DNA of 64,000 nt from Narcine bancroftii (lineage: Eukaryota), in the NCBI RefSeq assembly GCF_036971445.1, contig NC_091478.1:102982001-103046000 (forward strand). Reading direction: 5' to 3'. Both the position numbers and the translations under genes were made by a program. Below, piece after piece: positions 23,290 to 35,151 of this stretch; the stretch's first letter is position 1, and every line of letters starts with the position of its first letter. The notes under the pieces are model-generated. The model was not told where the DNA came from. It saw nothing but the letters and a program-made list of their open reading frames with translations, and made no database searches.

Positions 23290-23737
23290 TTCACTCAGGA
23301 CTCAGGGTTTATCGTCACTCAGGACTCGGGGTTTATCGTCACTCAGGACTTGAGGTTTATTGTCACTCAGGACTCGGGGTTTATCGTCACTCAGGACTCG
23401 GGGTTTATCGTCACTCAGGACTCGGGGTTTATCGTCACTCAGGACTCGGGGTTTATCGTCACTCAGGACTCGGGGTTTATCGTCACTCAGGACTCGGGGT
23501 TTATCGTCACTCAGGACTCGGGGTTTATCGTCACTCAGGACTCGGGGTTTATCGTCACTCAGGACTCGGGGGTTTATCGTCACTCAGGACTCGGGGGTTT
23601 ATCGTCACTCAGGACTCGGGGGTTTATCGTCACTCAGGACTCGGGGGTTTATCGTCACTCAGGACTCGGGGGTTTATCGTCACTCAGGGCTCGGGGTTTA
23701 TCGTCACTCAGGGCTCGGGGTTTATCGTCTCTCAGGA
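23290..23737. repeat. 24-bp minisatellite (GGGGTTTATCGTCACTCAGGACTC)n, ~18 units
   Basis: Read directly; intronic. Confidence 0.95.
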
Positions 23738-24174
23738 CAATGTGCAAAGAATTGAAGCAGAAAGCAGCAAACATCATCTGTGCAAGAAAATAAGTTTTTA
23801 CCTGTTCAGTTCTAATTTTCCCTTTCTGAATAAAATTCCCCCATTTTCTGCTAAACAGCATCTAAGAGTTTATGACCATTGAGTTGTGCCTTATTTTATC
23901 TTGTCAGTTCATTGGACCTTTGCCCTGAATCATTTTTTTCCCCTTGAGTGAGTGAAACTGTCATTGGTTTATGACTGCCCTTTGATAGAATAAATTTGAA
24001 ATAGTTTAGAAATGCTCTTTTGGAGTTATCCAATTGTATATTTTGAGTGCTGCTTGAAGACAAGTCCCTCTGCTTTATGGTGTTTTGTATTGCATGCTCA
24101 ATTGTTTTGAGAACTTTGAAAGATTTTCTACAACTTGATTTTTGTTTTAATGCATAGCTTGAAATTTATTCTAG

Positions 24175-24220
24175 GACAATGGTGTTACACTCAAACAAAT
24201 AGCAGATTTGGAAGTGATTT
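24175..24220 (+). CDS. CENPN: CENP-N coding exon 2
   Basis: ctag|DNGVTLKQIADLEVI(Y)|gtaagt; 46 nt. Confidence 0.9.
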
Positions 24221-25679
24221 GTAAGTATTACTTTATTTATCATCATTTTGTAGGATTTGCATCATTGCAATTAAAACAGATTTTACCGAAGGGTTTTTGT
24301 CCCAATTTGCACGCCATTACACTTTGTTCTACATGAAGTGTTATTAAAATTTTGAACATACAAAGAATTCAGTTGTATTTTGAAAGATCTTCTCGTACTT
24401 AGTTTTAATTTTGCTCAATAGCTTGTAAATATTTAAGGTATTAAAATACAAATAAGAAACTCACCAGATGTTTGTAGTTTGAGCTACTGAGCCACCCAGG
24501 CCAATAAGCATTCCTGCACCACTTTCTGTGGGTGGCTGAATTCACTATTGATAATGGTGCTACTGTAAGTGAGTTTAGCTCGGGGATTGGAGCTTCACTA
24601 TGGAATCTGTAAATTCTGTTGACAGCTATAGACAGTGGTGTCAGAGGGGGAGGCAATTTGTAGTGGTACAGTATGTGATAATGCTCTTAAAGTGATAGTT
24701 CAAAGCTCTAAAGAATAATAGAGGCATTTTTTCTTTGTAATGTTCATGGTTTGTTATGGGCTCCATGTATACAACAGGAGCAATTTCACCCTCATGTCAG
24801 ATTGATGCTTCTTGAGCTGATAGTTACTGTTGACCATTCATTTTACTTGTGAAAATCTAGCTTTCCTGCTCCACCTCTACAAACTGCTTTTCACCCCCAC
24901 TCTTAATCTTAATTTTAGAGACGGGGTAGATACCTAAATCAATCGCTGATTTTGATACGTTTTCTCTTGAGTAAAACTTAATCAACCTGTTTTTTTTTCA
25001 TAGCTCTGCTGCCTCTTCCAGTACAACAATCTTTTTAAATATCTGGTTGCTTCCTGAGCAGCATTAAATTAACGTTCTCAGTTTGGAAACTGTTTTCTGC
25101 CTGTAAATTACTTGGGAGTGGGCAGTAAAAGTTACTTTGGCTCGTATAATAAAAAGGAGTTTAGTTGAGAAAATGCTTTAATATTTGGTGTATTGTTGCT
25201 CAATATGAATCCAGCTTTATAGTTCACAGCTTTCATTAATTACACTATGGATGCTCTTAGTTTGCAGTTTCCATATTCAAAATAAATTTACCTTCAACAC
25301 AGTGGCGTATTGAGGGAAAATAGCACCTATGACAATGCGCATCCCCCCACCCCTGTTAAAACTTCAACCCTTCACCCCACAACCATCTCATGCTGCCACC
25401 ATGCCATCCCTTCCCATCCTCACCACCTTCTCTCTCCCCTGAGTCAAACTCCAACGTTTGCAGACTCCATGATTCAATTAAAAACAAGGGTGGAGAAACT
25501 CAGCACAGCAAGTAAAATAGTGAGCAGGTATTGGGCAGGTGAGGACAGTGGTGCCCAGGGTGCCATACCCTAGATATGCCAATGCTTCAGCAGCTTGATT
25601 GACTACCATTGCTATTTAAAGCAAAGTGTCCATTTATAAAACTTGATGAGAAACATTCAAATTCAGGGGGGTGGTTCAA

Positions 25680-26545
25680 AAGTCTAGACATAGATGGGAA
25701 TCAGACTTAAATGTAAGAATTGGCGAGCAAAACTGGTCTGAATTATGTTGGGATAATATGACTAATACAATAAATGTAAAATATAGATTAGTACAATATA
25801 ACCTTTTGCCTCAATTATATCTCATACCACTGAAATGAAATAAATTAAAATCAGACTGATGTTTTGGATGTGGTGAGGTAGGAACCTTTTTATATTCAAC
25901 TTGGTCAAGTCCTAAAGTGAGACCTTTTTGGGTAGATTTGGAAAATTTCTTAGAGCAGATTACAAGAATTCAATTTCCACAAAACCCAGAATTATTTTTA
26001 CTGGGGAATATTATAGGGATAAAACCTAAATTGAAACGAGCTAAATATCAAACAAAATTTGTTAAAATTGCATTGGGAGTGGTCAGGAAATGTATAACAG
26101 TTATTTGGAAGTCTGATTCACATCTCGGTATGGCATGTTGGAATGCAGAAATGCATCGTTATGTTCCTCTTGAGAAGATTATCTGTAACTTGATAGAAGT
26201 ACGACATTTTTACAAGTTTGGCGTCCATATTTATAAATCTCAGATTTAAATCGTTAGTTGTGTTCTTCCAAGTCCTCGACACCTATGTTGATCTTCTCCA
26301 AAAATTTAAATGGAATATGAAATTGTTATCTGTGGTGTGTGCATCACTTTTCAACAATCCATTCTGCTTTCTCTTTCTTTGTCTTATGTTTTTCGCTTTT
26401 CTTTTTTCCATATCTACATCTTTTCTTTGAGGTCTTTGGTGGGGATTAGGGTATAACTATCATTGGGGTAAATGCTGGATCTGCTTCTTAAACTTTGTAA
26501 TTGATTGCGTGTATGGTCAAAAATTTTAAATAAAATATTAAAATA
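25680..26545 (+). mobile_element. L1-clade LINE 3' fragment
   Basis: Degenerate ORF2 C-terminus (NVKYRLVQYN...STWSSPKVRPFWVDL...VPLEKI) and A-rich tail. A related fragment lies at ~42600-43000. Confidence 0.75.
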
Positions 26546-26707
26546 AACATTCATATTCTTTCCTTTGGGTCTAATTGGAAGGAAATGGGGTGCTGGAAAT
26601 CTTGATTAAACAGCCAGTTACTGACTAAAGTGATAAGACTGCAATGTCCATGCTTTTTACTATATTCATAAGATGTTTTATTATTTTCTAAATGTTTATT
26701 CTTTCAG

Positions 26708-26767
26708 ATAATTGTGCATACCCTCAGAAGAGAAGGTGGAACACCTATCAAATGTTTAATTCGAAAG
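26708..26767 (+). CDS. CENPN: CENP-N coding exon 3
   Basis: ttcag|(Y)NCAYPQKRRWNTYQMFNSK(G)|gt; 60 nt. Confidence 0.9.
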
Positions 26768-26914
26768 GTGATCAAATTATTTAATTTTGCCATGGCTTTG
26801 TTCTTTCATTACTTTCTTGAATATTTTATTTACGTTTTTTTTATCTTTCACTCCTTTTAGCTGCTTCCAGTCTATTGCAAAGTGCTGAGACCAAATTATG
26901 GTTTTCCTTTTCAG

Positions 26915-26994
26915 GTGTAGAAGAAACACACTTATTTGACTTTGAAATCTTCAGAAAGACATTTGAAAGAAATCTCAAAATGCTCATAAGAAAT
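26915..26994 (+). CDS. CENPN: CENP-N coding exon 4
   Basis: ttcag|(G)VEETHLFDFEIFRKTFERNLKMLIRN|gtaagt; 80 nt. Confidence 0.9.
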
Positions 26995-29403
26995 GTAAGT
27001 TGGAACATTTAAAGAATTAGAGGACCCAGCTTTGTAGCCAGTTATGACTGCTGGCCTAGATACCAATTGTAGGTTTGACTAGATTAACTCCATTTTGTTT
27101 TCCAAACCTGTTCCAATCCTGACAGCATTGTGTAATGCAAAGCTGTCAGGGTGGGGGATATGATTTTAAGATGATGTGGCATGTAACAGAAGAGAGTTCA
27201 TCATAACGTGACACGAGATGTGTTGTATTCCGAGGAGTCTGCCAACTGTTAGAACTATTAAGGAGTTTAAATACTTCTAATGAAATGTTTGTGAGTTGGA
27301 GAAAAATCTATTGAAATTCAACTGAATGTTTTTAGATGAAAATACAACAATCTGTAGATACTAGAATTAACTGAAAAATAATTTGATTTTAAAATTCAGT
27401 TAAACATTTAAGGCAAACTTGGTAATTGAAAATTACCCTTAACTTTGCTTTTCTACTTTGCAACTGTTCTTCTAGATTCAAATGTTGGAACTCATTGAAT
27501 CTGTACCGTGATTAATCTGTCTCAATTTCATAGGGCTGATTTTATCCATCATTCTTGAAGAAATATAGAATTCTTCTACCCTCAGAACATTGCTGGCCGT
27601 TCTCTGGCTGCAATGCAGAGCACGACCAACAACTTTGAGATGCACATGTTTGCTCAGGGGGTCTTGTGCTATTTTTCATGCAATCAGTATTGGGAGCTGA
27701 CAGGATTGCTAGCAGTTTGTTGCTGAACTTGTTGGAAGAAGTGGGCAGTTTAGCCCAGTTGTCATGACTACCTTGCAATCCATCAAAATGTGTGTATAAT
27801 CTTAATTAACTAGTTTTTATTCTGGCATTAAACAGCATGTTAGTATGTAAATCAGAAAGTTTGAGTTCTGCTCCAGCCATTTAAATGTGAACTAGGCTGG
27901 CACTCGGGAAGTGTTTATTTAAACCTTTTTGAGGTGCTATGTGTTCCTATAGGTCAATAGGATAAATGTAATGATGCTATTTCAAAGTGGAACAGTGAAG
28001 TTGTTCCTGGACCAAGCCAAATATAATTAACATGGCAAAGAAACAAATTAACTAGTACTTATCACATCACTGGAGGTGCAAGTTTGTTATGTATAAACTG
28101 GTTGGAGCAATTCCATGCATTACAGTGATATGGTAATACTGCCTGTTTTCTCAAAGCATTTTACATTTATTTTTGAACTTCAGGGCCTGTTGACAAACAA
28201 GTTTGGCAATTATTTTTAATGCAGATTCGCAAAGTGGGTGCGGAGTGGGATGCAGGAAGCTCTTTTACTGTTCATCCCTAATGATAGCGTGACAGAGGAC
28301 TCCCTGATTTATGGACTGTTCCTGGGAACCCACTCTGAATCCAATGTCCAGAATTGCTGGAAGACCATTGGTCAGCCCAAAACTTGGTGGTCTTTTAATG
28401 GCCCAGGAATGCTGCCACCTGGCATATTCCAGGCTGCAGGATTATGTGCTGAGGATTGCTGCAGCCAATTAGAGGGCACTGTGGGGAAGGAATACAGTTT
28501 AGAGCCCCCCCCCCCCCCCCCCCATTACTGGGCTCTGAAGGGCTGACACTCAGGGGAGCTCCTCAAACCAAGGGGAGAAACAAAAAGGTGCCACAGGGGT
28601 GGTGACTTTCTGATTTAATGTTAAATATGGAATGTAAAATATAAAAAGCTTCTGAACAGTTCTTGTACTGCAAATAATTTCCTTGATATGAGATAATTGA
28701 CACTATGTAAAAGTTTAAATATTACTCAATAGGATTGAAATTAAGAATGTAAAGTGTGGAACAGATTTTAATCTTGTATTGGACATAATTGTGAATGAAA
28801 TTTATTTTTGGGGAAAAAAATTGTTTTGCACTAGTGTCAGTAACAAGGGGGAAATGGTGAGTGCTGCCTTTATCAACATGAAGTTCTAATTCAAATCGAA
28901 TAGCAAAATACCATAGACACTCGACACATACTCAGATTAAAGATCATTAACCTGAAAATGTTTGTCTCTACAAGCATCCTGCTTGATTTAAGTATTTCCA
29001 GAATTTTGTTCCTATTTGCTTTTCCTTCTGTTATGAAGAATCCTGAACTCGAGAGGAATAGCTGCATGAATGCTTTTAGCTTTTATGATTGCCCTTCAAC
29101 TGGGTTTCAATAGCTCTGCCAAAATTTGTGGGTGTTCTGACTGGCCTACATAGACGTATGTTTGCATCCTAATTGGACACATAGTCGTCAGGAGGGATGT
29201 AAATGATGGAACTCTTGCACATAGTGACATTAGGAAAGTGACTGTAATTAAAATGAAATTCAGCTAAACTTGATTGATTAAGTTTATTTTCCTTGTCCAA
29301 AGCCAAGATCTTAAAATAATTTGTTTCAATGGAGCAAAATGTTCAATGACAATATTTTCGTATTTAAACGTGCTTGATCTGCTTTTGTTTATGCCTTTAT
29401 TAG

Positions 29404-29574
29404 GTCATGGTTAACATTTTAGAACACGGGGAGGCTGTCTGGATCAGAATTGCTTGGGGGAAACGTCATTCTCCACCTAACCAGCAAAGACCTTCATATG
29501 CAGTGTATTACCCACAGACTCCTTATGTTTTCATAGCTAATCTGCCTGCACAGTACAGAGTATATGTCTCTCAG
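29404..29574 (+). CDS. CENPN: CENP-N coding exon 5
   Basis: VMVNILEHGEAVWIRIAWGKRHSPPNQQRPSYAVYYPQTPYVF...SQ|gt; hallmark AVWIRIAWG. Confidence 0.97.
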
Positions 29575-29869
29575 GTAAAAATAAGTTTTTTTTTGAGTTA
29601 TTTTAGTCAGTAAACCATTCTCCCATTTGTTTTGGTATCCTTTCTATTAATGCCTCATTTAAATAGCAGTTAATCCAAGTTCAATCCCTTTTCTTTGTGC
29701 TAAATTGAAGTTTTAAGTGCAAATTTTACAGCTTTTTTTCATTAGTTTTTCCACAACATGAGCACTGCTGACAAGGTAAGCCAATCTCTACAGCCCTTGA
29801 ATTGAGAAGGTTGCTTGGCCACTTTGGAAGACATTTTACATTAATGAAGTTGACCAGACTGAACGAAGA

Positions 29870-30470
29870 TAAGAACACCAAAAAAAAAGGAGCAGAAATA
29901 GGCTATGCAGCACATTGAACGTGCTCTGCCATTCATCAAAATTCAGGCTGATCTGGGTGTGAACTCAGCTCCACTTTCTGGCTCATAAAGGTCGAACTGT
30001 CTTCAATGCATTTCACGATTGCAGCTTCTACTGCTTCCTTAGGCAGAGAATTCCACAGAGAAGCCGACTTAAAAATGCTTCTTCCAAATCTTGAGGCTCT
30101 ATCCTCTATTTCTGCCCTCACCTGTAAGTGGAAATGACCTTGTTTCTATCTTGTGCATTCTTTTCATAATTTTGTTTCTATAAGATTCTCCACTTCCTTT
30201 CATCCTTCCAAATTTAAATGTATTCCCAGGCTACTTGACCATTCCTCAAAATATACACCCTCATTTTCCTGAACCAAGCTGGTTAGCCTCTGCACTGCCT
30301 ACAAAGCCTGTCTATCCTTTCTCAAGTAAGAAGACAAAACTCCAGGGGCAGCCTCACCAGTCCCCTGTAAAATTGCAGCAAACATTCTTGCTTTTTTACT
30401 TTGATCCCTTTAGAAATGAAGGGCAACATTCCATTTGTCCTAAATACCAGCTGAACTTGCAAACTCCAAG
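29870..30470 (-). mobile_element. Degenerate CR1 LINE 3' fragment
   Basis: SLWNSLPKEAVEA motif and CR1-type 3' UTR. Confidence 0.7.
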
Positions 30471-30843
30471 TTCTCCAGCTGGACCTGCAGAAGTTCCAGC
30501 TCCTCTTTATTCATGAAGAAGAAAAGATTAAGAGAAATTAAAAAAATATAATGGAAATAGATTAGAATATACATCCTTTCTGGAGCTCCCTTGACAGAGA
30601 TTTAAAAGTTATTAGTTACAAGTGAACCTGCAGTTTATTTGTTTCCATGTTATCCAATCAACTGAGTGGGCATGTACAATTCTGAGTATGATTTTAATTA
30701 TTTTGACATGATATATTTTGCATACTACTAAGCCATAATATTCTTGCCATTCTAAGTGACATGGTCATCAGGCAGTAATTTAAATTTATCATTGCTGAAC
30801 AAAAAAAAGTTGCCCTTTCTTAGATTGGCTCTCTTATTTACAG

Positions 30844-30945
30844 GCTCTGGTTGTTGCAACTGAGCATAACATGCTGAAGGAGATGGATCTTCGAGGCCGA
30901 TGCTTGAATTCTCTCAGGGACATAGCTCTTAAAAGATTCAATCTG
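30844..30945 (+). CDS. CENPN: CENP-N coding exon 6
   Basis: cag|ALVVATEHNMLKEMDLRGRCLNSLRDIALKRFNL|gt; 102 nt. Confidence 0.93.
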
Positions 30946-31224
30946 GTGATGCGTAGCATTCTTTTCTCCTATGACAAGTTAATAATTTTGTGCTGGATTG
31001 ATTTCTTTGCCTTATTTTTCTTTCCTCAATCTACCTAATGTCTCTTCCTTCCCCACCTCGCCAAAGAAAACACAGTGTTAATGAGCTAAACATCGTATGT
31101 TGACAAATCACACCAATTTCTGATCTGTAGTAACAACAAAAGTGTATGTGCTCAAGTCAGAGTACCATGACAACTTCCTCTATTTGATACTTCTTTAAAG
31201 CTAACTACTGTTGATAATCTTGGG

Positions 31225-31880
31225 CACACATGTCAAACTCAGGCCCGCGGGCCAAATTTGGGCCGTAATATTACATTTGGCCCGCAAGATCATATCAAAT
31301 ATGTATTAGAGCTGGCCGCCACACCATTATAGCGTATGCACAGCTAATACTCCAAATCCCAGAATGCTTTGCAAATGTGTTGGCGTCAGCCCGCTAATCG
31401 CCCCCACCTCCTCTCTTTACTTTCATTAGTATCTGCGACCTGTCGCCTAACTCACATGTAATAAACCCCTTACGAAAAATGGCCAAATGAAAGACAAAAC
31501 AGGACCTTTCAAGACAGGTGGAAGGCAGACTATATGTTCATCATTTTAAAAGACAAACCTGTTTGTCATTGAAGCAAGTTGTTATTTTTCTGACTTGTTG
31601 GCTTGTGAAAAAAAATACATTTAAAGGGAGCTTAAAGGCTATAGAGAAATATTATTTTTTGAATATTTTATTTCTCATTTGTTAATGCTTCTTCTGGAAA
31701 GAGTTTAACCCAAACTATTATTAAACATTTATTTTAATAAGAAAAAGTTTAACATTACATATGTTGAAAGAAGAGAAAACATGCAGATGTTGAAAACTTT
31801 CAATAAATATTTAGTTTGGCCCACGACTTAGTCCAAGTTTTTAATTTTGGCCCTGTGTGAATTTGAGTTGGACACCTCTG
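31225..31880 (+). mobile_element. Non-autonomous hAT-Charlie DNA transposon
   Basis: TIRs cacacatgtcaaactca / tgagttggacacctctg; TSD atcttggg/atctaggg; decayed transposase start (MAK...NRTFQDRWKADYMF...KDKPVC). Confidence 0.85.
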
Positions 31881-32046
31881 ATCTAGGGGGTGGGGGTTGA
31901 TGTTAAACATTTAACTGTTAATTTCCAAAGTCTGGCCACTTTGACAGTTTTCCTTGCTTGAGTCATTATACAACTCTTCCAAACTTTTACTGCATGACAA
32001 ATGTGTTTTTGTATTTTTTATTTATTTTCTCTTTATTTAATTTCAG

Positions 32047-32104
32047 ACATTTTCTGTACCCTACAGGAAGCCTCTACGAGAGCTCAACTCCAATCAGGAC
32101 ACTG
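32047..32104 (+). CDS. CENPN: CENP-N coding exon 7
   Basis: ttcag|TFSVPYRKPLRELNSNQDT(A)|gt; 58 nt; phase-consistent with its neighbours. Confidence 0.85.
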
Positions 32105-32204
32105 GTATTGTTTTATTTATTGCTTAATTTTAGGAACAATTAAAAGCATTTTTTTTAAAAAGGAATAGAATGTAGAACAGTGTCATGCTGAATTACCCCT
32201 AATG

Positions 32205-32940
32205 TTAGTAAGAATACCAAAACCAAGGAGCTGATTGTTGACTTCAGGAAGGTTGTGATCATTGGGGGGGATCAGAGGTGGAGAGGGAGAGAAAATTTAA
32301 GTTCTTAGGAGTCACTATCTCAGAAGATCTTTCCTGGATCCAACACTAATGGCAGTGTGAAGAAAGCTCTACTTCCTCAGGAGCTTGTGAAGGTTTGGTA
32401 TGTTATCAGAAACCTGGCAAATTTCTGCAGTTGTGTGGTGGAAAGTGTGCTGACTGGCTACATCACAGTCTGCCATGGGGGGCACCAATACCTCTGAGCG
32501 TAAAGCCTTGCAAAAGGCAGTGGCCACAGCCCAGGACATAACTCTCCCTATTGTCAAGAATGTCTACAGGGAACGCTGCTGTCGGAGAGCAGCAGCAATC
32601 GTCAAGGATCCACACCACCCAGCCCACGCTCTGTTCTCACTGCTGCCATCAGAAAAGAGGACTAGGTACCACAAGACTCGCCCCATCAAGTTCAGGAACA
32701 GCTGCTCCCCTCCACCATCAGACTCCTCAACAACAAACTCAATCAGGGACATGTTTAAGGACTCTCACTTTTGCATTTAAGTTTATTTTCTCTCTCTGTA
32801 TTAGTCAGTTTGTTTACATTTCTTTAGTTGTTTACATGTGTATATTGGGAATAGTTTTTTTTGCGCTGCCAATAAAAGATAATTCTGACTTGCCAGCAGA
32901 AAAAGAATTGTATGTCATGTATGTACTCTGAATAACAATT
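32205..32940 (+). mobile_element. Rex-Babar-type LINE 3' fragment
   Basis: KTKELIVDFRK...KFLGVTISEDLSW...IVKDPHHPAHALFSLLPS. Confidence 0.8.
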
Positions 32941-33542
32941 ACCAACTGTTAAAATTTAGCTGTTGCTCATTGTTGTATTTTAACACTTTGTGGGAGGGAA
33001 GACTTTTTGTTTTAGTGCTTGTAGTTTTTCATATGAGTATTCCAGGTTCCAGTAATATGAATTTCCTTTTAGCTGTGGAAGAATCTTATTTAGATGGAGC
33101 ATTTTAGTCAGTGTTTAAAAACTGTATAGTTAAGCAGGTACAGCATAGAGGTTTGTACTTTATCTTTGTTTGTTTGCAGTGGGTCAGAGGAACTTTAATT
33201 GGGTTGTAAATTACTAAAATTACTCAATGTTCACCTTAATGATCCTGGCCTTTAGATGAATTGTGTATCACATATACATTATTACTCCGATTGTGGAGGG
33301 GAGGGAGATGTAACACTGGAAAATTTGCATGTCCTTTCACACCAGTTATTTGCTGAAAATGTGATTTTTAAAAAAATAAGTCAGTGCATAATCCTTTAAA
33401 TGTAAAGAATGCTTTCAACAGTATTTGATTTGAACCTTTTAGCCGACCCTCTTTTCTGGGGTTTGGAGGGGGAAGAAATCTAGCTATTGGCCATCACTAC
33501 CTGATCATTTTGATTCTTTTCTGCCCCATCTCCCCAAATTAG

Positions 33543-33658
33543 CACAAGACCAAAGGATCATTGTAGAGCATCTCAGAGAGAAAGAAGAAGCCAAAAGATT
33601 AACAACATCAGCATTTGGAGAAGGATCACTGCCAAAGCTGGAGGAGGTTCACTATAGG
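33543..33658 (+). CDS. CENPN: CENP-N coding exon 8
   Basis: ag|(A)QDQRIIVEHLREKEEAKRLTTSAFGEGSLPKLEEVHYR|gt; 116 nt. Confidence 0.92.
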
Positions 33659-34561
33659 GTAGGCACTGAATGACATTCTCATTTGATGGACAGTGTGCAC
33701 TTCTTATCTATAAGTATTTCTCTGGAAAATGCACTTAACCTCTGTATAAAATGGGTGCATGTATGGGGGTTGCTGTAATGTTCTATGTAATTTCCTGAAA
33801 TTGTCAACTTAAATGACGAGCTTTTCCAGTAAAAACCAATGCTGGAGAGACTCAAGGTCAGGGCTCAAGCCTGAAACATTGGTTATGTATTTTTAGCTTT
33901 CCTGCGCTGACCTGCTGAGCTTCTCCAGCATTTTGTTTTTACTTCAACCACTGTGTCTACAGGTTTTTGTGATTTACTTCTGACTAGCTTTTCAAGTCTG
34001 TTTACAGCACAGAAACAGCCACATAATCTTTGAGAACTTGAGTTCTCAAACCGATCTTAACACAGTGATCTTGAAAAATGTGGCAGTTTGACTAAAGTTT
34101 TTGTTTTAAATGAGGGATTTGTGATCCTCTCCAGTTCGGTTAGACCTAAAACACACCATGGTGCACCTCAGATTATTGAATCTTGGTGATCATTTCGGTA
34201 TCAAGCAATGCTGCAATTGTATTATCTTATAAGTTTTTAGACTATGTGACACTAATTGGATAGCTCTAGACAAATTGGCCCAACTGGTTTTTCTTCCATG
34301 TGATAGCAGTCCCACTTGTTCTCTGCTCCACTGGAGATATTTTGCCTTTTGATGAATATTTTGGTGTTATTCTTCATTGCAAACCCTTCACTCATTGGAA
34401 TCGTTGTCCAAATGCAAGAGGCTGCAGATGGCTGACGGGGAACTGAATCTGATTGGTTCCTTCTTCCAATGCAGTATGAAGAAAAAACATCGATAAAACC
34501 GTGACAATGCTTTAATTTTTCACTGATCTTGCTATTTTTAATACTTGTATTCTTGTGTCAG

Positions 34562-34688
34562 TTGCAAACCATCTTTAAGGATGAGCTCAACATGGGGATT
34601 TTAACAGACCGAAATAAACCATTCCGATGTGTGGCAAAATTTTCCAGTCCGAATATTCTTGAATCATTGCGAGCACTACCAGAATTGG
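34562..34688 (+). CDS. CENPN: CENP-N coding exon 9
   Basis: cag|LQTIFKDELNMGILTDRNKPFRCVAKFSSPNILESLRALPEL(G)|gtaagt; 127 nt. Confidence 0.95.
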
Positions 34689-35038
34689 GTAAGTACGTCA
34701 CACTTTCATTCATCACCTCCTTTGACTTTTTTTGACGTTTCTACCACAAGCATGGAATTTTCGTACAAAATGAGATTTTAACTCTCCTTACTCTCTCTTC
34801 ATACAAACCTGCTGTGCTTTCTGAGCTTCATGTTACTGATGCTTCATTGAGCTGTTGTTTGCAAGTGGTGAGCTCTGGATTATTTTCAAGCTTTCATTAT
34901 TTCAAGCTCACTAATTTCTTTCGTGGCTTGTTCAGCCTGAAAGTAATGGAGGAAAAAGATCAATGTCTGAAATTTTAGTTTGACAATGGAAAATGTAATT
35001 TTGTCAATAAATCAGGTAATTTTTGTTTATCTTTCAAG

Positions 35039-35151
35039 GGGTTGCCGATGTTCCCATTTCAACCATGTTCAGCAGTATTTCAGAAAAGGGGAAGAATTAT
35101 TTCAAGATAACAGACAAAAGGACTGGTGGGCATAATACATCAGCCCCTTAA
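35039..35151 (+). CDS. CENPN: CENP-N last coding exon
   Basis: aag|(G)VADVPISTMFSSISEKGKNYFKITDKRTGGHNTSAP*; total CDS 1041 nt = 346 aa. Confidence 0.93.

Noticed and set aside
23226-23882. Repetitive ORFs and a CRISPR-like appearance
   Set aside because: This is a head-to-tail 24-bp tandem repeat without unique spacers, in a eukaryotic intron.
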